The notes under the pieces were generated by a model that had not been told where the DNA came from, made no database searches, and saw nothing but the letters and a program-made list of their open reading frames with translations. A stretch of DNA of 64,000 nt from Planctomycetota bacterium (GTDB lineage: Bacteria > Planctomycetota > UBA1135). Shown in pieces: positions 38,726-49,808 of the stretch (position 1 is its first letter; each line of letters opens with the position of its first letter). The DNA is taken from positions 31,301 through 95,300 of the forward strand of contig JASFYO010000007.1 of the NCBI GenBank assembly GCA_045047305.1, given 5' to 3'. The position numbers were made by a program, and so were the translations under genes.

Positions 38726-39407
38726 TCGGGCCATCGCAGGCCAAGCCTTTATCGTAATTTGGGCGAGAAAAAAGCGCCCAAGACTGGCGCGGGCGCCCCC
38801 AGTCCAGCATTTCAAAACCATATCCGCACTCCTTCGCTAATTGAGCAATCGTTTCAATTCGAAATTTTACGCACCCCGGATATATCCAGCCCTCCCCATC
38901 AAAATCCTTGTCATCGACAAGAAAGGTCCCCAACAAAGCGCCGTCCTCTCTAAGATGATCCTTTGCTTGCAGAAGCCAATTGCGAAACAAGTCTAAACCG
39001 CAATGGCTAAAAATTGATTGGGCAAACGCAAAGTTTGCCATTAACGGCTCATCGAATTCTTTGAGGTCAGCACGAAAAGACAGTTGTGGTTTTTTCAGAC
39101 GGATTTGATCCTCGCCTATCTCGTTTAGGATTCCGTCCTTCACTAGCCATTCATTTGGCTCAACCCCAACATAATTTCCTTCATTCAAATATGGAATGAG
39201 AAGGCGCCCTATGCGGAGCGAGCCGCAGCCAATATCAATCACCCTTTGATCTTGGCGCAAGCCCAGGCAAGTGAGCAAATTGAAAACCATGGCCGAAACC
39301 AAATCATAATCCACTGGCGGACCAACATAAGCACGGTAGTGTTCGTCGCCGGGCTTTAAATCGGTCCCCAGGCCGGTCGTCGTTGGTTTTTTGCGGAAAA
39401 AGCTCAC
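38679..39407 (-). CDS. Class I SAM-dependent methyltransferase
   Basis: VIDIGCGSLRIG, YVGVEP and AQSIFSH. Confidence 0.82.
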   Translation of the reverse strand: MSFFRKKPTTTGLGTDLKPGDEHYRAYVGPPVDYDLVSAMVFNLLTCLGLRQDQRVIDIGCGSLRIGRLLIPYLNEGNYVGVEPNEWLVKDGILNEIGEDQIRLKKPQLSFRADLKEFDEPLMANFAFAQSIFSHCGLDLFRNWLLQAKDHLREDGALLGTFLVDDKDFDGEGWIYPGCVKFRIETIAQLAKECGYGFEMLDWGRPRQSWALFSRPNYDKGLACDGPITWNRCLEQRAPLRH

Positions 39408-39454
39408 CCTTAGATTCTAACCCCATGCCAATGAGGAGTGAAATACTTGTCCGC

Positions 39455-40114
39455 CTAACCCAAATCTTCGTGCCTAACGATATCGCCCTCTTCCATATAG
39501 ATGATGTCTTCCGCAATATTGGTAGCGTAGTCAGCAATCCGTTCGACCAACCGAACCACGTTGCCCCACCGCATGAGCGCGGGAACCACTTCTGGCTCTT
39601 GACCCATTTGCGTTTCGATTTGGCCGAGAATCTCGCGGTTAAAATCATCGACAATATCATCCATGGCCAAAACCGACCGCGCGCGGGCTTCATCCCGACT
39701 CACTAATGCCTGAATCGTTTCACGGACCATGGTGCGGGTTTGCTGCGCCATGGTGTCGAAATTGAGCGGAGGGCTGGTGGGCGCGAGCTTCTCTAAATCG
39801 ATTGTTCGCTTGGCAATGCTAGATGCAATATCCGCGATACGCTCCAAGTCATTGTTAATCTTAATTGCAGCAATGAGGAACCGAAGATCGCCGGCAACTG
39901 GGGCATGTAAGGCGAGAATCTTTAAGGCCTCTTCTTCCAGCTGCACCTCCATTTCGTCGATGGCGGCATCCCCTTGCACCACGGCAAGAGCAGCTTCGGC
40001 GTCGCGTGAAAGAATACTATCGATGGCGCGGCCAAAGGCATCTTCGCAACGATTACTGATGAGAACTAGACGCTCAGCAAGGGAGCTAAGGTCGCGCATG
40101 AAGTGTTTAGTCAT
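39455..40114 (-). CDS. phoU: Phosphate signalling protein PhoU
   Basis: PVAGDLR, DLERIAD and ERIADYATNIAE. Confidence 0.93.
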   Translation of the reverse strand: MTKHFMRDLSSLAERLVLISNRCEDAFGRAIDSILSRDAEAALAVVQGDAAIDEMEVQLEEEALKILALHAPVAGDLRFLIAAIKINNDLERIADIASSIAKRTIDLEKLAPTSPPLNFDTMAQQTRTMVRETIQALVSRDEARARSVLAMDDIVDDFNREILGQIETQMGQEPEVVPALMRWGNVVRLVERIADYATNIAEDIIYMEEGDIVRHEDLG

Positions 40115-40119
40115 GATGA

Positions 40120-40938
40120 TTATCCGAAGCGTCCGGTGATGTAGTCTTCAGTCTCAGGATGTTGTGGACACTCAAACACATCTTGAGTAGCACCAAATTC
40201 GACCAAGGTGCCTAAGTACATATAAGCCGTAAAATCGCTCACCCGCGCGGCTTGTTGCATGTTGTGGGTGACAATGACGATGGTGTAACTTTCGCGAAGC
40301 TCCAGCATCAGATCTTCAATTGCTGAAGTAGAGCGTGGGTCCAATGCGGAACACGGCTCATCCATCAATAAGACTTCTGGCCCAACGGCAATGGCGCGGG
40401 CGATGCAAAGTCTCTGCTGCTGTCCGCCAGATAGCCCAAGTGCTGATTTGTTGAGGCGATCCTTCACCTCATTCCACAGGCCAGCTTTTTGCAATGCCCA
40501 TTCCACTATGCCTGACATCTCAGATTTGGATGTCTTCAGGTGCAGGCGTACGCCAAAGGCAACATTTTCAAAAATGGTTTTGGGAAACGGGTTTGGTTTC
40601 TGAAACACGATACCAACCTGTTGCCGTAGCTCCACCACATCGACATTGGGGCTAAGGACATCTTTGTTGTGAATCTCAAGGAGGCCTGTTGCCCGCGCGT
40701 CAGGAATCGTATCGTTCATGCGGTTGATCCAGCGCAACAAAGTACTCTTGCCACAGCCACTCGGCCCGATAAAAGAGGTGATCCGATGTCTAGGCATTTC
40801 CAGATTGATGCCATTGAGAGCTTGAAAGTCTCCATACCAAGCATCGAAATCCTTTAGCCGAATCGCTGTTTCTAAAGCGGGTTCCGGATGATTTAGCACT
40901 GCGGCTTCGCGTGAAGGAGGTGTCATGAGGAGGGTCAT
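40120..40938 (-). CDS. pstB: Phosphate ABC transporter ATPase
   Basis: [40 protein letters not shown] and YITGRFG. Confidence 0.95.
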   Translation of the reverse strand: MTLLMTPPSREAAVLNHPEPALETAIRLKDFDAWYGDFQALNGINLEMPRHRITSFIGPSGCGKSTLLRWINRMNDTIPDARATGLLEIHNKDVLSPNVDVVELRQQVGIVFQKPNPFPKTIFENVAFGVRLHLKTSKSEMSGIVEWALQKAGLWNEVKDRLNKSALGLSGGQQQRLCIARAIAVGPEVLLMDEPCSALDPRSTSAIEDLMLELRESYTIVIVTHNMQQAARVSDFTAYMYLGTLVEFGATQDVFECPQHPETEDYITGRFG

Positions 40939-40949
40939 GGTAGCGACGT

Positions 40950-42167
40950 TCAGGAAAGAGGCTTACTGTACTTATGGCGCAAGAAAACAGCCACCGCATT
41001 AAACAGCAGTAATGCGGTAAGCAGCACGATGATGCCACTTGCTGCAAGGTCGTGGAATTCCCTTTGCGGACGCCCTGCCCAATTGTAAATCTGCAGTGGC
41101 ATGGCGGTGAAATCGTCCATCAAGTTGCTTGGAGCGCGGGTAATGAAAACAATGCCTGCAATCATCAGCAACGGAGCGGCTTCCCCAATCGCACGACTCA
41201 TGGCAATAATGGCACCAGTCAAAATTCCAGGCAGTGCTGCTGGCAATGTAATCCGACGTACAGTTTGCCACGCCGTCGCACCTAGGCCCAGGGATGCGTC
41301 GCGCAAAGAGGATGGAACCGCACGCAAGGCTTCTTGAGTAGAGATAATGATGATGGGAAGAATCACCAACATTAGAGTGAGGGCGCCGGCAAGTAATCCG
41401 CGACCGAAGGGCAAACGAAAGTACCACCAATTGCGATCCTTAATACGCCCAGGTACATCCCAACTGCGCAAGGATCGCTTCGACAAGGCCAGGTCTTCAG
41501 GCCAGTCTGCGTCATCGCCCACAAGATTGAGTTCTAGCTCGTTGCCATCGGAATCTAAGACCATCATTCCCTGAACTGGAACCGCCTCCGGTTGCGCGGA
41601 ATCGGTCACTGGAACTTCGAGGATAAAGTCGCCCTCGTTATAAAATTGATCTACAAAAGTCACGCCGACTTCAGCTGCTGGGTCTCCCTCATTTCCGAAC
41701 ACGCCGAACATGGAAACGAAAACCGTGAGACCTAATATTCCAAAAACCACCGACGGCACGCCAGAAAGGTTGGTGATGTTCAGTTGAATAAAGGCATGCA
41801 CCTTGCGTAGGACCTTGCTCTTTGGCTGAAACTCTTCGAGCACAATCGCCGCACCGATTCCAAGCGGGAGCGCAATCGCCATGGTTAAAACCATCAACCA
41901 AATCGAACCCATCAGCGCTGGATACATGCCTGCAATTGCCGGATCTGGATCCGGTGGAGCACCAAGAAACTGCGTGTTCAGGGTGCCAACACCCTCAACC
42001 AAAATCGCGATGATTAATACCACCAAAATAGAGGCGGATAGCCCTGCTACCCCCCGACAAATACCGCGGAAAATACGGTCTTTACGGTGACGTTGAGCCA
42101 AGGGGCGCTGGCGCAATTTCATTAACGCCTTGTCCCTAAGCAAAGCCGGTTTTTCGAGCTGTTTCAA
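40950..42167 (-). CDS. pstA: Phosphate ABC permease PstA with a large loop insertion
   Basis: [25 protein letters not shown] and RAIGEAAPL. Confidence 0.92.
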   Translation of the reverse strand: MKQLEKPALLRDKALMKLRQRPLAQRHRKDRIFRGICRGVAGLSASILVVLIIAILVEGVGTLNTQFLGAPPDPDPAIAGMYPALMGSIWLMVLTMAIALPLGIGAAIVLEEFQPKSKVLRKVHAFIQLNITNLSGVPSVVFGILGLTVFVSMFGVFGNEGDPAAEVGVTFVDQFYNEGDFILEVPVTDSAQPEAVPVQGMMVLDSDGNELELNLVGDDADWPEDLALSKRSLRSWDVPGRIKDRNWWYFRLPFGRGLLAGALTLMLVILPIIIISTQEALRAVPSSLRDASLGLGATAWQTVRRITLPAALPGILTGAIIAMSRAIGEAAPLLMIAGIVFITRAPSNLMDDFTAMPLQIYNWAGRPQREFHDLAASGIIVLLTALLLFNAVAVFLRHKYSKPLS

Positions 42168-43135
42168 TCGTAAACCTCACGATACCGACGGCGAAGCCAT
42201 GCACCGAACAAAGTAAAGCAAAGCGTGAGCACAAACAGCATCGCCGCCACTGCATACATGGAGTAGTACTCCACTCCATAATTGGAGACATCGCCCAATG
42301 CCATTTGCACCATAAAGCCGGTCATGGTTTGGATCTCATCGCGAACATCTGCAGTAACCTTTGGCGTACTGCCTGCGGCCAGGGCCACAATCATGGTTTC
42401 GCCAATTGCCCGGGCGGCCGCGAGAATTACTGCGGATGTAATTCCTGAAAGAGCCGCTGGGAAAACGACTTTAAACGAAGTATCGAAACGCGTCGCACCA
42501 AGGCCGGATGCGGCGTCGCGCAAAGATTGGGGAACTGCCCGGAGTGCATCCTCTGATAAGGACGTAATGATGGGCAGAATCAGGACGCCGACCGCGATAC
42601 CTGCAGCTAGCGCGTTAAAAGATCCAAAGCTATCGCTGAAAACTTTTAGTGCTGGCGTCAGCAAGGTAAGCGCAAAGAAACCATAAACCACAGTGGGTAT
42701 GCCAGCCAGAATTTCCAAAGCTGGCTTCAAAATGGAACGTACTTTGGGGTGCGCATATTCACTCAAGTAAACCGCAGTGATGAGTCCCAAAGGAACTGCG
42801 ACCAACAAGGCCACGCCGGCCACCAAAAAAGTGCCGCAAACCAAGGACCAAATCCCAAAGTGCTTCTCCGAACCAAGCAGAGGGTTCCATTGCGTCGTCC
42901 CGAAGAACTCGCCCAAACTAACTTCGTCTTTCGCGAAAAAGTTTATGGTTTCCGCACCGAGCACCCAAAGAATAGCAAGGGTTATGAATACCGAAAACAG
43001 AGTTGCCCCATTGAGCATCCCCATGATGCCGCGCTCTTTCCAACGACGCACGCGACGCGCCGAGGCCCCTTTTAGGGAGCCTCGGCTAAGTGGTCCGGGG
43101 CTTTCAGGCCCGGAGGGAAGGTTATTTTGTGTCAA
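42164..43135 (-). CDS. pstC: Phosphate ABC permease PstC
   Basis: YLSEYA, LAGIPTVVYGFF and ARAIGETMIV; start uncertain. Confidence 0.92.
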   Translation of the reverse strand: MTQNNLPSGPESPGPLSRGSLKGASARRVRRWKERGIMGMLNGATLFSVFITLAILWVLGAETINFFAKDEVSLGEFFGTTQWNPLLGSEKHFGIWSLVCGTFLVAGVALLVAVPLGLITAVYLSEYAHPKVRSILKPALEILAGIPTVVYGFFALTLLTPALKVFSDSFGSFNALAAGIAVGVLILPIITSLSEDALRAVPQSLRDAASGLGATRFDTSFKVVFPAALSGITSAVILAAARAIGETMIVALAAGSTPKVTADVRDEIQTMTGFMVQMALGDVSNYGVEYYSMYAVAAMLFVLTLCFTLFGAWLRRRYREVYD

Positions 43136-44171
43136 GTAGATTTGCCTCAGCGTAGGCATTATCGAGGGTCAACTCGCGTTTCTTATACACCAAGCCATCA
43201 GCTTGGAGCTCTGAAACCACGAACACCGTACCCGAACGACGCTTCTTCAAGAAGACTTTCGCTTGCGCCGCAATCTTATCGCTAGTCGGCACGTACTGCA
43301 CCTGAGTTGCGAACTTACCCGCGTTCTTTAAGTAAAACTCAGCGAACTTGCGCATTGCTGGACGCCGGAGGCTCTTTACGTTGACGTAGATGAACAATGG
43401 ACGGCTGAGCGGTGCGTAGGCTCCAGAAACAACGTTATCTGGAGTTGGCATCACAGCCTTGCCTGTCGCGGGGTTCACAATGGCGGCAGCGCGCAACTTA
43501 TCCTTGTTCTCGAAGTAGTAGGAAGCGCCAAAGTAACCGATGGCGTATTTGTCTCCAGAAACCCCGGTAACCAACACGTTGTCATCTTCACTCACCGACA
43601 TGTCGGGGCGCAGACTTCCTTTTTTGCCCGCCACGACCTCTTTAAAATAATCAAAGGTGCCGGAATCAGTGCCTGGAGAGTACACCTTAATGGTTTCATT
43701 CGGCCATTCCGGGTTGAGATCACTCCATTTGCGAGCGCTGCCGTCTTCCAGGTAAATCGCCTTCAGATCTTCAACCGTGAGCTGCTCAACCCAAGTGTTA
43801 TTGGGATTGAGTACCACGGAAAGGCCGTCAAGTGCTACTGGGAGTTCTACAAACTGAACTTTGTTCTCCACTGCCTGCTTAAACTCTTTGCCTTTGATCG
43901 GACGCGACGCATCTGAGATGTCAGTCTCGCCAATCGCAAATCGCTTAAAGCCCCCGCCGGTCCCCGACACCGCTACGGTGATGTTGACGTTTGGGTACTC
44001 CTTGCGAAAAGCGGCGGCGGCAGCTTCGGTGATTGGATAAACGGTACTGGAACCGTCGATCACAATATTACCCCGCAAGGCGGTTGCCTGAGCGTGGGCG
44101 GTTGGCGCTAGGGCCGTGGCCAGGGCAACCGTGGTAACGGCTGCTAAAAGTGGCTTGAAGAGGTTCTTCAT
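43122..44171 (-). CDS. pstS: Phosphate-binding protein PstS
   Basis: Signal peptide, IDGSSTVYP, SGTGGGF, DASR, SGTFDYF and LSRPLFIY. Confidence 0.93.
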   Translation of the reverse strand: MKNLFKPLLAAVTTVALATALAPTAHAQATALRGNIVIDGSSTVYPITEAAAAAFRKEYPNVNITVAVSGTGGGFKRFAIGETDISDASRPIKGKEFKQAVENKVQFVELPVALDGLSVVLNPNNTWVEQLTVEDLKAIYLEDGSARKWSDLNPEWPNETIKVYSPGTDSGTFDYFKEVVAGKKGSLRPDMSVSEDDNVLVTGVSGDKYAIGYFGASYYFENKDKLRAAAIVNPATGKAVMPTPDNVVSGAYAPLSRPLFIYVNVKSLRRPAMRKFAEFYLKNAGKFATQVQYVPTSDKIAAQAKVFLKKRRSGTVFVVSELQADGLVYKKRELTLDNAYAEANLLDTK

Positions 44172-44178
44172 GACGGCA

Positions 44179-44221
44179 ATTATGAGCACCAAATGTGAAG
44201 GCCCGGTGAAGGCGCGGTTAA
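44179..44221 (-). promoter_or_regulatory. Putative Pho box and -10 element of pstS
   Basis: TTAAC-N6-TTCAC-N6-TTCAC (11-nt period), then 10 nt, CATAAT, 7 nt, ATG. Confidence 0.7.
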
Positions 44222-44248
44222 ACCCAGCACCCTTTAGGGGCTCTAACC

Positions 44249-45406
44249 CTAACTAGCTCCAGCTAAGGGTTCCGACGGGGTAGACGGTAGCTCCACCAGG
44301 AACTCGGTGCCCATACCGGGGGTACTCTGCACACTAATCCGTCCACCCATATGGCGGAGTAAATTTCGTACCAAAGCCAGGCCCAATCCGGTGCCTCCGC
44401 TGGCTCGAGAATGCGCGACGTCGCCACGGAAAAATCTCTCAAAGATTCGGGGTAAAACTTCGGGGTCGATGCCTGGGCCTGTATCGCAAATTCGAATGCG
44501 AGTAATGCCGCGATCTTCAGCCTCAAGATTTACCGTGACCCCACCTTCGTGCGTGTAAACCACCGCATTGAGGACTAGGTTTTGCAAAACGGTGCGAAAG
44601 GCGAAAGCGTCCGCCAAAATCTCAACGGGGTTCTGCGGCAGGAAAATATCCAAACCTAAACCCTTCTCCTCGGCACGAATCTTGAGTGGATCAATGATTT
44701 CGCCCATACAAAAGCCTAAGTCCAAGACTTCCGGTGAAGGTTTCCAGTCTGGCGATTCGGCGCGGGTTAATGCAAGTAAGTCATCGACCAAATTGGACAA
44801 GCTTATGGCGTTTCGGCGCGCACGATCAAGCAGGTCGGCGTGTTTTTCTTGCGGAACATCCTCTAGTAAATCTAACAGTCCGACCAATGCAGAGATCGGT
44901 GTCTTCAGCTCATGGCTCGCGTTCGCAACAAAGTCTCGACGCTTGCGGTCCACGGCTTCATCGGCGCGCAAGTCCTGTACCACCAGAAGGCGGCGCTGAG
45001 GCCCTGCCGGAGCCAGAGTGACCTCCATCATGGCAAGTCCTTCCTCCCCACCTTCTTCCTCAAACATCCGACGCCGGGTTTCCGTGGCCTCGGTTTCCTC
45101 AACCATTTGAATCAGCCCATTGTGTTGGGTGTATTGCCTCAGACGCGGCCTTTGCTTTGACTTTTTCCGAGCATCAGCACCCAATAAGTGCTCGGCTGCA
45201 GGGTTTGCGTAAAGCACCTCGTTTTGGGTTCCTAATAGGATTACACCTTCCGCGAGATGTTCCAGGCTGCGACGCATAGCCTCGCGTTTATGAGTAAGCT
45301 TCTCGGTTTCGGCAGAAGCGCTGCTGCGTAACCATCGTTCACGCAATAACAAGGCTAGCAGCAGAATGGTGCTAGCAAGAAAAATCCAAGCGCTTTGGCT
45401 GTCCAT
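44249..45406 (-). CDS. phoR: PhoR-like sensor histidine kinase
   Basis: N-terminal TM, PAS-like region, DFVANASHELKTP, NLVLNA, DTGPGI, IFERFFR and GGTGLGL. Confidence 0.85.
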   Translation of the reverse strand: MDSQSAWIFLASTILLLALLLRERWLRSSASAETEKLTHKREAMRRSLEHLAEGVILLGTQNEVLYANPAAEHLLGADARKKSKQRPRLRQYTQHNGLIQMVEETEATETRRRMFEEEGGEEGLAMMEVTLAPAGPQRRLLVVQDLRADEAVDRKRRDFVANASHELKTPISALVGLLDLLEDVPQEKHADLLDRARRNAISLSNLVDDLLALTRAESPDWKPSPEVLDLGFCMGEIIDPLKIRAEEKGLGLDIFLPQNPVEILADAFAFRTVLQNLVLNAVVYTHEGGVTVNLEAEDRGITRIRICDTGPGIDPEVLPRIFERFFRGDVAHSRASGGTGLGLALVRNLLRHMGGRISVQSTPGMGTEFLVELPSTPSEPLAGAS

Positions 45407-45410
45407 AGTT

Positions 45411-46115
45411 TTATGCTTCCGTGCGATCTGAAAAACGATAGCCCACACCACGCACGGTTTCGATCCACGCGCCCCGCTCGGCAAGTTTGCGCCGCACGGA
45501 TTTCACATGCGTATCGATATTGCGTTCGGTCACAATCACGCCTGCTCCCATGGTGCTGTCCAGCAATTCCCCACGTCGGAAAACGCGGCCAGGACTGCCG
45601 GCTAGGGTTTGCAGTAACTTGAATTCGGATGGAGTGAGTTGGACTGGGGCGTCATCGCCAATGCGCACTTCAAAACGAACCGGATCGATAACTAAATCCC
45701 CCACGGCAATCATTGATTCGGTCACAGTGGAATCATCCTGTGATACGCGACGCAGCAAATTGCGCACACGTGCTGCAAGCTCACGCGGCCGGGCAGGCTT
45801 CACAACATAATCGTCGGCACCAATTCCTAGCCCGAGCACGACATCGGACTCCTCGGCTTTCGCGGTCAACATTAAGATGGGAACCCGGCGAAAGGTGGAT
45901 TCCGCACGCAATTGACGACAGACTTCAATACCATCGAGCTTTGGCAACATAATATCTAGCACAATCAAATCCGGAGCATGACGCCTAGCCTTATCCAAGG
46001 CCTCTTGCCCATCCACTGCCAAAACCAAACGAAAGCCCTCCATTTCAAAGGTCAATCGGAGAATCTCCAGAAGATCTGGATCATCCTCCACCAGGAGTAG
46101 GGTTTTCTGCGTCAT
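45411..46115 (-). CDS. phoB: PhoB-like OmpR-family response regulator
   Basis: VEDD, LDIMLP, LTAK, GADDY..KP, IDTHVKSVRRKL and IETVRGVGY; context upstream of phoR-pst. Confidence 0.85.
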   Translation of the reverse strand: MTQKTLLLVEDDPDLLEILRLTFEMEGFRLVLAVDGQEALDKARRHAPDLIVLDIMLPKLDGIEVCRQLRAESTFRRVPILMLTAKAEESDVVLGLGIGADDYVVKPARPRELAARVRNLLRRVSQDDSTVTESMIAVGDLVIDPVRFEVRIGDDAPVQLTPSEFKLLQTLAGSPGRVFRRGELLDSTMGAGVIVTERNIDTHVKSVRRKLAERGAWIETVRGVGYRFSDRTEA

Positions 46116-46122
46116 GTTGCCC

Positions 46123-46176
46123 ATGGTCGCGCACAAGGGTGTTTCCCGCTTGAACGTTTTGTGAAGTTTATGCGAA
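46123..46176 (-). promoter_or_regulatory. Putative Pho box of phoBR (autoregulation)
   Basis: TTCGC-N6-TTCAC-N6-TTCAA-N6-AACAC (11-nt period), then 10 nt, GACCAT, 7 nt, ATG. Confidence 0.6.
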
Positions 46177-46219
46177 GCGCCTTCCCACATTCCGTAATTG
46201 TTCTCATACTCTTAGTGTC

Positions 46220-47388
<1,169 letters not shown>

Positions 47389-47457
47389 GGAATCTTTGCG
47401 GGTGTTGCCGCAACCATTCGAACCCTTGCCTCCGCCAATGGTTCTGCAAAACGCAAT

Positions 47458-48627
47458 TTATTCGCTCGGAACTAAAAGGCCAATGCTTGCCGAAAGCCCA
47501 TGTATGTACGGCAGACCGCATACAGGAGCTATTTCTCCTGCTGCAAAACAACCTGCCGAAGGAAGGTCTGGCCAAAGCTTATGCATCATTTCAATATCGT
47601 GATCGGCTCGCTGAAAGAGGTGCAGGCCCCGTGCAGTGCAATCAAAAATGAGAGCCCCGAGTACTTCGGGATCAAAAGAACCCGCAAGCTTAAGTGCAGA
47701 TTCCATTTGTTCGTGAGCAAATTCACGGTCGCGGGATTGGAATTGCAGCATCTCGCCTTCTTCGACATGATCCGAAACGGCAATCGCTCCCGCATCTGGG
47801 TCCACTCCCATCAGGCCACGGATCAAGCTATCGCTTCCGGCCTCACCACTGGTGCTTTCCAGGGGCTGAATCCCAATGTGGGGAGCACGCATGAAACGGT
47901 TACGCTCCTTCTCGCCAATCGCTATGAGGACTTCGCTCAATTCACTATAGGCTGAACGCCCCCCTAACTCATAAACTACATTCCCCTCACTACGCGTAAC
48001 TAAAAATGGCGGGCCAACCGGACGACAACCACGAGCGAGAACCGTTTCAAACCGATAGCCTCCATCTAAAACAAAACCGACGGCGCCACTTTGAACCAGC
48101 GTGTCGTCATGAAGTAGAATATTTTCGCCAGCACGGTCGGCGCCACTTGCGATTCCGCCTAGCATAGTTGGCAGGCTTGGCATTTTGCGCAGCGATTCGA
48201 AAAATGGCTCTAATGGAAAGGAAAATGGTTCCACCAACATTACGGCACTTGCACTTTCTGGAACCTCTGGCCATCCTCCAATGCGGCTTTCCTTGTCATC
48301 TAAACTCAAGCGATAAGTTTGTAATCGAGCACCTGGCAAGCGCGCGGCCCAAAGAGAAATGCCTGGGCCCGCTTGGTGTTCACGGCCGCCACCAATCACG
48401 CCCGACATGGAACTACCGGTAATGGCGTCGGGAGTTAAGTCGCGCTGAATAACATCTAACAACTTGCCTGCGCCTTCACGATGGTGAGGGCTAAAGAAGG
48501 CGAGAACAATATCAGGGCTGCCACCAACCTTTTCCTGGATCTCTGCAGTCGCCTCTTCGAAAGCAGCAACGCTGTCTCCACGTATTGAGACGGCATCGGC
48601 AACAACAGCTTTTCCAGACACTCCCAT
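47458..48627 (-). CDS. FIST N/C-domain signal transduction protein
   Basis: FFSPHH, GGIASG, GCRPVG, N.VYEL, IRG, C.ARG and GCFAAGEIAP. Confidence 0.85.
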   Translation of the reverse strand: MGVSGKAVVADAVSIRGDSVAAFEEATAEIQEKVGGSPDIVLAFFSPHHREGAGKLLDVIQRDLTPDAITGSSMSGVIGGGREHQAGPGISLWAARLPGARLQTYRLSLDDKESRIGGWPEVPESASAVMLVEPFSFPLEPFFESLRKMPSLPTMLGGIASGADRAGENILLHDDTLVQSGAVGFVLDGGYRFETVLARGCRPVGPPFLVTRSEGNVVYELGGRSAYSELSEVLIAIGEKERNRFMRAPHIGIQPLESTSGEAGSDSLIRGLMGVDPDAGAIAVSDHVEEGEMLQFQSRDREFAHEQMESALKLAGSFDPEVLGALIFDCTARGLHLFQRADHDIEMMHKLWPDLPSAGCFAAGEIAPVCGLPYIHGLSASIGLLVPSE

Positions 48628-48632
48628 AAAAT

Positions 48633-49808
48633 TCAGACTGACCTGTCTATTCCTTTATCGACCATTGCGCAGGATTCCTCAGTGCTTCTCGCGAACTTCG
48701 CCCGCTCTAAAGTGGAATTCTCTGCTGCAAAGACGACCTCTTGTGATGCACCATACCAAGGCCCGAGCGCGCTTCCACGTAACTTTGCCTCTAAGTTGTG
48801 ACGAAAAATTTCTGCTGCAAGCTCTGCGTGATCAAAATCAAAACCAGCAGCGAATGCCGTTTGGCTCTGACCATGAATTGCCGTACGTGGAATCATGAGG
48901 TCCTCTTTCACGCATTTGGATCCGTAGCGTTGCGACCAGTCTTGATAGTCCCTGCGATAAGAATGTATAGATCCAATTAGGTTTTCGTCATCGTCAAGCC
49001 ACATCGGAAAAGGGCCCACATGTAAAACGTGACCGGGCGTTAAGGCGGCCGAAGTTGCGCGGATATGAGCATCGGGCAGTTTTAAGAATTGCGCGTCAAT
49101 CGAAAAGGATCTCCAGCAAAAGGGAGTTGCCGCATCAAGTGCAGGACAAGCCCTAGTTTGTGTTTCACAATTCCAAGTAGGAGCTTGGTGTTGCTGCAGA
49201 TATTGCTCTGCGCGGGAAACCATCCACGCATGATTCGCCGCACATTCTTTCGCGCTTTCACCAAAGGCCATGATGCCATGATCTTTTAGCAAAAGCCCAC
49301 GTAACCCCGTCGGTGCTGCAGCGCACGCCTGGGCTAACGGGAAACCAGAAGCGTAAAAGGGCAGCCACTCCACCGCATCAGCAAATAATTTTTGACAGAG
49401 ATCTTGCGCCTGCTGTGGGCTTTCCGCACTAGCCATTACGGTTAGCACCGTGTCGGAATGAGAATGGTCCACAAATCGATAAGGAAGCCATGCGTGGACC
49501 AAGGATTCCACCGAAGGGGCGGGCGCAGTAGTGTCGATCTGTGCGGCGCGCAAAGAATCCAGCATTGCCAAATCAGAAAGATGCTTCCTCTCACGTAAAG
49601 CAAGAAGCGCGGACAAACTTAGGGCTGGGAAATCTTCGCGCGAAACGTGTGCCATGTCGCGACCAGAGCCTTTGATGTACATAACTTCCTTGCCGTCAAG
49701 AATGCATTTCACCGAAGTATTTCCGCCTCCTGCAAGGACAAGGTAAACGTCTGCGCCGAGAACACGCGTACTGGCTACGCAATCCGCAAGGAGTTGTTCT
49801 GCGCTCAA
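48633..49808 (-). CDS. Class II aldolase/adducin protein (RhaD-like domain, no SDR)
   Basis: LVLAGGGNTSVK, KGSG.D, PSVE.LVH...VDHSHSD and HGI. Confidence 0.8.
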   Translation of the reverse strand: MSAEQLLADCVASTRVLGADVYLVLAGGGNTSVKCILDGKEVMYIKGSGRDMAHVSREDFPALSLSALLALRERKHLSDLAMLDSLRAAQIDTTAPAPSVESLVHAWLPYRFVDHSHSDTVLTVMASAESPQQAQDLCQKLFADAVEWLPFYASGFPLAQACAAAPTGLRGLLLKDHGIMAFGESAKECAANHAWMVSRAEQYLQQHQAPTWNCETQTRACPALDAATPFCWRSFSIDAQFLKLPDAHIRATSAALTPGHVLHVGPFPMWLDDDENLIGSIHSYRRDYQDWSQRYGSKCVKEDLMIPRTAIHGQSQTAFAAGFDFDHAELAAEIFRHNLEAKLRGSALGPWYGASQEVVFAAENSTLERAKFARSTEESCAMVDKGIDRSV

